64,000 nucleotides of DNA from Octopus sinensis (Eukaryota). A program made the position numbers and the translations under genes. The number at the start of each line of letters is the position of its first letter. Position 1 is the first letter of the stretch. The stretch lies in contig NC_043014.1 in assembly GCF_006345805.1 (NCBI RefSeq), positions 52,390,001 through 52,454,000 of the forward strand, in the 5' to 3' direction. Positions 55,042 through 64,000 of the stretch are shown here, in pieces. Under the pieces are notes generated by a model. It was not told the origin of the DNA and made no database searches. It worked only from the letters and a program-made list of their open reading frames with translations.

Positions 55042-55295
55042 GTATATGTATATATCTGTGTATGTGTGTTTGTGTGTATGTCTGTGTCCGGTGTACATGT
55101 GTGTGTTGTGCGTGTCTGATTGTATCTCTATTGTATGAATTCAGTTATATTTCCACCTATTATCTCTTTAATTATGAAATTATTTCCATTTTTATTGAGA
55201 CTTCTTGAAAACACATAAACCCAATTTGTTATGAAATGTTTTTCCTTCTTATTCATGACCTAGTATTTCCGGCTTACACTCGCGCTTATTATGCG

Positions 55296-55356
<61 letters not shown>

Positions 55357-56194
55357 CAATGATTTGTTCTGTAAGTGACTGACACACTGACACATACTAT
55401 AATATTAGCTGTGTGTATTTCTTTTCGGATTAACGTATGACATAACCTCTGAATTTAATATCCTTTGTGTCAAACCCTCTTCATTTATTCCGCTAAACCA
55501 CTTCCGATAAAGAACATCGGCCATTTAATTCAATATAATTTATTTCGTCTATATATTGCTTTCAACACGTCTATATAAAGAAAAAATAATTATATTTTTC
55601 TCTTATATTTTCTAATGATTTTTTTTTAATATTTTATTTTATGTTTTCTTTCAATCAGCATCTTATTGATTTCCTCGTATGCCTGAATGAACAATTTTTC
55701 ACTCGATACATTAAATGATACTGCCATACGAATATCTCTTATACATCTAATATCACTAATGAAATTAAGTGAAATTAAGTGAACTTCAGTTTAAGTAATG
55801 TAAAATATTATTGCTTACAGTAATTTTTCATTCTGTAATGAAGTCAAAATTAACTTTTGATGTAGGTTTTTCAAGATGGCAATGAATCCTAATTCATCAT
55901 TAGAGATAAATATTTAAGAGACATATCAATTTGTCTCTTATTAATGTCTGAACATTAACGTGTCTTGGTACATAGAACAAGAGTAGAAATTCGTCTCTTG
56001 ACGGCATATGGAGGCATGCGTAGCTACATACTTCCATACACACACGCATATATATATATATATATATAGATATATATATATATATAGATATATATATGTA
56101 TATACAGAGATAGATAGATAGATAGATAGATAGATATGTATGCATATATATATATGTATGTATGATCGCAGTCAAGTGTTTGGAACCACTAATT

Positions 56195-56237
<43 letters not shown>

Positions 56238-56907
56238 GTGTGCATATATGCATGCATGTATGTATAATCCATTACGATGTGTAAACGCAGGACAGAGGTC
56301 GCATGAGAACACACCCATGAAAAGTATTTTAGTCGATCATATCTAATGCAATTTATTTCTTTTCTGTAATTACTTTAACAATTTTTATGTATCAAATGGA
56401 CAGGTAAATTGAAATGCGATATGAGTTTATAAGAGGAAGCAATCGTACAGTGAGGTAATGAGGAGAGAGAGAGACGCAGGCACAAATAAATACACACGCA
56501 CACGTATACATATATACAGAGAGAGAGACAGACAGAGGCAGTGAGAGAGAAAGGGATAAAGAGCAGTTAAAGCGGAACTCTAACGTGTTGAATAGCCGTT
56601 GTTGTTTCAAATAAAAATAAAATACAAACAAACGGACTTTTCTCTTTGGTACGAAAATGATGTAAGGTGAGCGAGAGAGATGAAGTTTTATTAGTTATTG
56701 TGGTCAATACAAAACTAGTTTTGCGATTAATGCACAAATTAGATAAATCAATTTTTTTTAAAAATCAACTTAATTTAGAAGTACATTTTCCGATCTTCAG
56801 TTGCAAACATCATATTTTAAGCAAAAATTTAATAACTATAAGATATATTTACCTTCATTTATCCACATCAAATCGTAACCCAAGGTATTCAGTATATTAG
56901 GAAAAAA

Positions 56908-57040
56908 GTAAGAGAAGGAAAAAGAAATAAGGTTCTTCATCCACATTAAAACACGCTTTCTAATCTGTCGCGGTCCAGCGATACTTTAGAAAGCGCGTTG
57001 AGTGTGGATCAAGAAGTTTGTATCTTGTCCCTTCTCTTAC
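56908..57040. repeat. 133-nt imperfect hairpin
   Basis: GTAAGAGAAGG...CGCTTTCTAA..TGTCGC(ggtcca)GCGATA..TTAGAAAGCG...CCTTCTCTTAC. Confidence 0.8.
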
Positions 57041-57149
57041 CTTATATATATATAGCATAAAGCATAAATACATTACATTATAATGGCAGATTTGACGTAC
57101 ACTTGTTTCGACTAGCCACTTTGTTTTCATTATTGATTGATTTATTGGA

Positions 57150-57540
57150 TCGGTCCATTCAACATTTGAGGAACATTGAATGACCTAGAGAATTCATGTA
57201 ACTTTCGCTACAGTCATTTCTATTTATAGGTTTATTACAAGAAATCACTTCAGAATTGGAAGATATGTTAACTATCGGACTGGTCGACACTGCATGGTAC
57301 CAAATATCCCATCCTCCATCTTGAATAAGGAGACAATACTGTGAAAAAACTTGGCTTTCATGTATCCACAACCATACAGCATTCTGTCAAATAATCTCTG
57401 AAATTTGCAAAGTGTAGGAGTGCAAGTCCTGAAAGAACATCTGCTAAGTTTTTTTTTTAATCTTGGGATACATGAACCGACATTGCGGCAGGGTACATAA
57501 CGTTGAGCCGCTGCGTCCAGCTCTCTTTTTCGCCAGAAAC
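57150..57540 (+). mobile_element. Decayed 3' end of a CR1/L2-group LINE ORF2
   Basis: NYRTGRHCMVPNI...YSILSNNL*NL..VGVQVLKEHL...EPT...AAASSSL resembles invertebrate CR1-group C-termini (FNxLPxxLRN, FKxxLD, PDEP, AAxSNSL). Confidence 0.55.
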
Positions 57541-59686
57541 TTACAGGGAAGTAACTCGATCACACTTAAAGGCGGTACTCCAGCGAAGTCTCAGCTTCTG
57601 GCTGAAACCAATAGCAGAGGAAAGATATATGTGTGGAGAGAGAGATACAGATACAGACAGAGGCAGAAAGACACAGAGAAAGAGAAAAGACTGAGCGACA
57701 GACAGATAAAAAGAGAAACATTTACTAGGAAAGAATACAGCGTTAGAGTACACAGTGTGAAATCATTGAAGACGACCGAAGTACGTCTTTGAAGTATTGT
57801 ATAGGCTATATTTACACATGCGAAGAAGGACATTCGGTGATTAACGAAAGCCTGATAAGTGCTTTGTCTGATATATACAAAACTCTAAACACTTCTAATG
57901 TCTAATCAGCAAGAATGATTGATAAAATAACCAAATTTAAGATCTGCTTTTGAAATTCTATAAAACGCGACGCGTTGTTTTGACGGCAGACGTACTTTCA
58001 GTTTTCGGAAATCTATGCTGCATGCGAAATTTTTGATAGGTAACGTTCATTATGACACATAATCATAAGTAATAAGTCCGTGTGTATGTATGTGTGTGTA
58101 ATTGTGTGCGTGAGAAAGAGGAGAGAGAGAGTGTGTGTGTGTGTGTGTGTGTGTGTTGTTTAGTGTGTGTTCTTTTGTAGAAGAAAGAATTATAACATTG
58201 ATGTCAGTCAAAGTTAAGATCAGGTAATATACGCAATGCTTCTAACTCATATTTAATCTCATAATAACAAATTTACTGCTTCCTTAATGAATTAATTAGA
58301 ATATTTGATGAACATGAAAGAATTTATTTTTATTCGGTAGACGACTGTAAGTCAAAATTATAAACACCTCAGTCTCTGCAGAATAACATAAATGCGAAAC
58401 ATAATCAACAAACACAAGAAATTCCTAAAGATGAAAGAAACCTGACTTCGCTTTATATTATATAATTATGTCAATTATGGAAACTAAATATATCACATAA
58501 GTATATCAAGAGATACTTTTTTCATCTTATCTATTCAAAATCGATGAGATTAAAGAAAAAATAACATTTCAACTGATATTTAAGATAAATTATTATACCG
58601 TGCTTTATAATTATAAATACAGATGCATGAATTTTATATATTTCTCATTTTTTTTTGTCTCTTTGACTGCAGAAACTTTGATTTAAATAATATATATTAT
58701 TATCTTTAAAAAATAATAAAGCTATACAGGAAATTACCGTGTCTGGTCTGTATAAGTTTCTACGTCGTTATTGAGATGCATTGCACTTTAAATACGATGT
58801 TATTACTTTGAAGATATAGTAGAATACAGCTGGAGAGATTGGTTCGAAGTAAACATTGATGAAACTGTTAAGTGAAGCTTCATATTTTATAGAGGATATG
58901 GTATTTGTGTTCACCACTCGGCTGTTCCTCAGCAGACATCCACAAGCGGGAATTGTCTTACAGCAAAGAATAGTGTATATTTTGCGTTTGACCAATTTTA
59001 TTTAGAATTCTAAGGTACACAAAATATTGTTTATTTTAACTGATACAAGTAAATTCAAAGTTTGAAAAGATAATATTTGTCTCGGTGGGTCTGGCAATTC
59101 CATGATTCTATCACGAAAAGATGTCTTCTTTGTCTGGTCTAAAAAATATATATAAAAAAAATTACTTCTGGGAATCGCTCCACTGATTTCAAAACGTAAT
59201 TGATTTTAACACAAATATACATCGGAAACATTTATGCTCATACTCATAGAAATATAGAAATATATACGTTTTACACATTCTTAAACAAGATGAAAATAAG
59301 CAGACGATAACACTTATTGTATAACACATGTACTACACCAACAGAAACGGATGTTCACAATATATCGACAAACACAAACATATGTGTGATTATATGCTTA
59401 TGTGTGTATGTATCATTAAAACTTAAATATTTTAAAATCATAACTTTAAGTTTCACGTTAAAGATTATCCAAACGACTGGCGTAGCGAATAGGTATAACA
59501 ATATATATGGAAAAACTATTCCTGAATATACCAGAATATTAGATGTCAAAATATAGCAACATGAGTTTGAATGTTTTATTTCTAAAAAGATTAATGTAGG
59601 AGTACTTCTTTCTACTAACGATCACACTAAATTTTGTCATCATTTAATCTCCAAAAATTTCAAAGCTGTTAATCAGTAGAATTCTA

Positions 59687-60007
59687 GAGTATGGTAAGTA
59701 GCATGCTTGCCAACTACATGGTTCCTTGCGCAAGTGCATTCTATTATGGCCCCGGGTCGACAAAAAATTGTGGGTGAATTTGGTAGACGCAAACTGAAAG
59801 AAGCCCGTCGTATATGTATACACATGTGTGTGTATGTGTTCGTGTGCCTGTGTTTGTGACCCTCCCAACCGATGCTGGCGCGTTTACTAACCTGTAACGT
59901 AGCGGTTCGGCAAGAGCGACCGGTAGAATAAGTAGTTGGCTTACAAGGAACAAGTCCTGGATTCGATTTGCTCGACTAAAGACGGTGCTTCATGACTGAA
60001 ACAAGTA
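59687..60007 (+). mobile_element. Diverged SINE B
   Basis: TTTGGTAGACGCAAACTGAAAGAAGCCCGTCG and the tail are conserved. Confidence 0.8.
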
Positions 60008-60022
60008 GATGTATAAAATAAT

Positions 60023-60074
<52 letters not shown>

Positions 60075-62889
60075 TTGTGTGCGTGTGTATGTATACATAC
60101 ATATATATATGTATATATATATACATATATATATATATACATATATATACATATATATATATACATATATACATATATATATAAATATATATATATAGTT
60201 GAAACTTAAGAAAAAATACGAAGATGGGTATATATATATAGATACATATATAAATATGTATGCATGTATATGTTACTGAGGATGAGTTAATTTTATTATA
60301 CCTACATTTCTCTCTATGAGAATTCGTGAGTACGCACGTTCAAATCTGTGCATGGTTTTTACAGCGTGTATGCATATATTTATATTTCCTCTTGTATTTC
60401 TTTATATATTTCTCCTTATGAATGTGCATATGATTCCTCCTATGCGTTTTGCGTTTGTGTGCCAAAACCATTTATGCCAAAATAAAGGAACAGAAACATT
60501 TTTTACAAAAGACAATAAACAAAAAAACAACAGATGGCAGCACATTTATCAGGTTTAAGAAATATTTCCAACAATGATAAATGCAGTACTAGTTATGACG
60601 TCAATGCATTCGTACTTTTCATTGGCACCATTCCCTTGTGTCGTAAAGCTTTTAAAATTGTTTTCCTCTTATTCTTTAAGACAAATTTAAAATTTAACCT
60701 AATCGGATTATTTTTACCCAAATTCTAATATTTTTGTTTTGTTATTTTAAGAACGTTGTCGTTCCACCATTGAAAAGCAAGTTTATCATCCTGAACGCAT
60801 TCATTTGTCTTATGCTGTTGACTGCAGCATGGTAAAGGCGTGTCTTTTGCAGCGAAGTTTGATTTATAAGTGCAATAATGAAAGCGCATAATTTAGTTTT
60901 TTTCTTCTATTAGTATAAACGTAATTTGAAGCAATATTGTACAGAGATTCCTGAAGCAACACGATGTATAGTATTTGCTGGCTTCGTTCAGTGTTTTGTC
61001 GAAACGGGAAGCACAATAAACTGGGATGCTGAGATTTGCGATAGTGATTTAATGCTTCTTAAAATCATTTTAAATTGATTAGAGCGTTAATGCGGTAAAC
61101 ACCAAAGAATCGTATTTATTTTGCGCAGCGCCCATATTTTTTACGTCACAATGATGCCGAGCTTCAATGCATTTAGCCTCACCATCTGACCGAAATATGA
61201 TGAGTTGATGTTAAACAGAGTTATCCATTGTCTTTACTTCACAAAAACAGTGATGGCATGATTCTATACAACAAAATTTCTACGGTTTTTTCACTTCCAC
61301 ATATTTGGTTTAATGGAGTGCAGATAAAAGGCATTTCTCAGAAATACGGCACTCGTACGAGCAAACTAAAAAGCTTATGACAATAAATCAAACTTGAATT
61401 GCAAGGATATGCCTGAACTAGTTAAATAAATATGCGTGCATATCTGCAGCCACAGCCTCATGCTATAAAATCCACTTAGAGATCACGAAGGTCTAGGTTA
61501 GATTTTTACTATGCGTTGTCTAACTAAGTGGTCTACTGGACTTTTGCATCGGGTAAACAAATATATGGCCAGTGGAATGGGAACAGAAAATGTTTGGTGT
61601 ATATACACACATACATGCATGAGTGTGTGTGTATGTGTTCCGTTAACGAAACGGGCTACTAGTAGAAACATCATGCAACTGGTTGAGTCCGCCATAGATA
61701 CGCGTGACCTTAACGCTATCACGCAGCGAGACATTCAGCCCGACACATGATGCGACAAAGGCTGGTCTTTCAAAATACAGGTGCTACTCATTTTCGCCTG
61801 GTGAGGGGGGTTTAGAGCATTGTGAAATAAAAAAAGTATTGTTCAAGGAATACAAAATGACATCGTGAACATCATAAGATAATTACTTATTCCTTTTGTC
61901 ATTAAGTTAATTTGTTATTACTTCTCTGTACTTCACTGACGATTCGTTTACTGATTTCTCACAGTTGGTCATTAGTATCGGTATGGCTAAGCGAAATACT
62001 ACTACTACTACAAATAACACTAATAACAATAGCAATAACAATAACAGTAACAATAACGATGACGATGAAGAGATGATGATGATGATGATGATGATCCTTT
62101 CTGCTACAGGCACAAGGCCTAGATTTCGAGAGCGGAGGAGATGGTCCGTCACGACACTGAAAGTATGAAAGGCAAGCTGACCCTCGGCCGAATTTGAACT
62201 CAAAAATTAAAGATGGAAATGAACAACCTGGCGTGTTTATTTTAATGGGTTACCAATGTAATACAGTGCGTTTCTCTGCCCCAGGTGTCAGGAAGACACT
62301 CGGCAAGAAATGAAAACAGAACCGGCAGAAGATGATGATGATGATGACAGCGTATGTGTGAGCATCGTATATACTTCTATGGTACAAAATATGGAGTTTT
62401 TTCTACGCTCGCATACGAAGATACACACACAAACACGCAGGCGTTTTGAATAAATCCATATATAATGGCGTTGTATCCTTTTGAGATGCCTTTCGAATTT
62501 TATGTCCTATGCCTCTATTAATTCCCTAATACCGATTCTATTTAAAACATCCATCTCCTAGCTTCGGTGTCTTCTCAAGAGTAGAAGGCGCTATTGGATG
62601 TTTTATTATTTCTTATGTCGTTATCGATAAGTGATTAAAGGAGACTTATAGAACAACTTCGATTTCTATCCCCTTCAAAAGTTGTTAAATTAATCACTTG
62701 TAAAATATCTGAGTTGATTCAACCGATTACAACGTTTTTTAAAACTCAACCAAAATATTTGCCGGGAATCTATTTCTGTCTGGCTAAAACACATTTTTAA
62801 CGATGCACCACCCTCACTAACTCCATCTTTGTCTAGGGATGTGCTAGTGAGTTACATACATTCATATATATGTTTCTCTGTGTGCGTGT

Positions 62890-63385
62890 ACCGATATATA
62901 TATATATGTGCGTGTATGGAGAAATTGGATATATATATATATAATATATATATATATAATATATTATATATAACATATATATATATATATATACATGTAT
63001 ATATATATATAACATATATATATATACATATATATAACATATATAATATCACATATATATATACATATATATACATATATATATATACATTATATATGCA
63101 CATATACATATACATAAATACATATACATATATAACATACATATATCTATATATACATATATATACCTATACATATATATATACAAATACATATATATAT
63201 ACATATATTTATATACATATATATACACATATACATATATATATATATACATATATTTATATACATATATATACACATATACATATATATATATACACAT
63301 ACATATATATACATATACATATATATACATATATATATACATATATATATATATATAAACATTTATATATATATATATATATATA
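62890..63385. repeat. (TA)n/(TACA)n microsatellite
   Basis: Direct inspection. Confidence 0.95.
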
Positions 63386-64000
63386 ATGTTGTGAGTGCGT
63401 AGGGAAAGGAAGGGTTATATACCTACATATCTATATTTGTGAATCTGCGTATGTATCTGCATGTGTGTGTGTGTGTAAACCTATTTACACGTATACGAAC
63501 GTGATTGTGCGAATGTTTATGTGCTTGTGTCTCCTTTCAATATCGATCACCCCTCAAGAACACAAACACACACACACAGCCACACACCCGATACATTACC
63601 TTTAATGGAAAAATATCGCAGTCATTGTCTCTTTCATATATATATATATATTGTAATCTCCCTATGTTAACAGTTTTCCTCTTATCTTTATTGCTACAAT
63701 TTTTCTTTCTTCCAGCGCTCGCTGATAAATATAGACGTCGTTCTTGTTTGCCCTCTTCCTTAACAACATCCCATAAAGTGATTGTTTCTTCAGCTGTTAC
63801 AATAAATGTTCCACATAGGCTAATGATGTTGTACTTTTGATCTTCCTCTTAAGAGCCCATCGATGCAAACTAACAAATGGGTTCTGGCTTATATTCGTCT
63901 AATTTAGTTTCACGACAAGTTCAATAAAACAGATTATACATACATACATACCATACATATATATATAATATCCTATATATATGTATATATATATATATAA

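Noticed and set aside
61000-61300. Faint mariner HDNA-like frame (LRHNDA)
   Set aside because: Too degenerate to support without an alignment.

Overview
AT-rich, repeat-dominated eukaryotic intergenic or intronic DNA. The SINE families, abundant (TA)n/(TG)n microsatellites and LINE remnants suggest a coleoid cephalopod, probably Octopus (inference). I find no intact protein-coding gene; nearly all listed ORFs are translations of microsatellites. The window holds at least four tRNA-derived SINE families (my labels A, B, C, M), a 5'-truncated RTE LINE, decayed mariner, Penelope, CR1-like and APE remnants, two inverted non-autonomous Helitrons, a hAT/Charlie-type MITE, several long foldbacks and minisatellites. 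The most striking feature is a high density of type I hammerhead ribozyme (HHR) motifs. They have the palindromic or near loop-less stem III known from Penelope-like element (PLE) pseudo-LTRs, and most sit in short elements abutting (TA)n tracts. Examples are a 450-bp palindrome with two intact opposing HHRs (16717-17165), single near-complete HHRs (7873-7956, 54624-54703), an HHR split between two inverted arms (22083-22228), and a multi-copy ~230-bp family with a variant core (CUG-U-N-GA-A). A second highlight is evidence that SINE M inserts into its own copies to build tandem arrays, and a single-TSD SINE/mariner chimera. All structures were read by eye; no folding program or database search was run.
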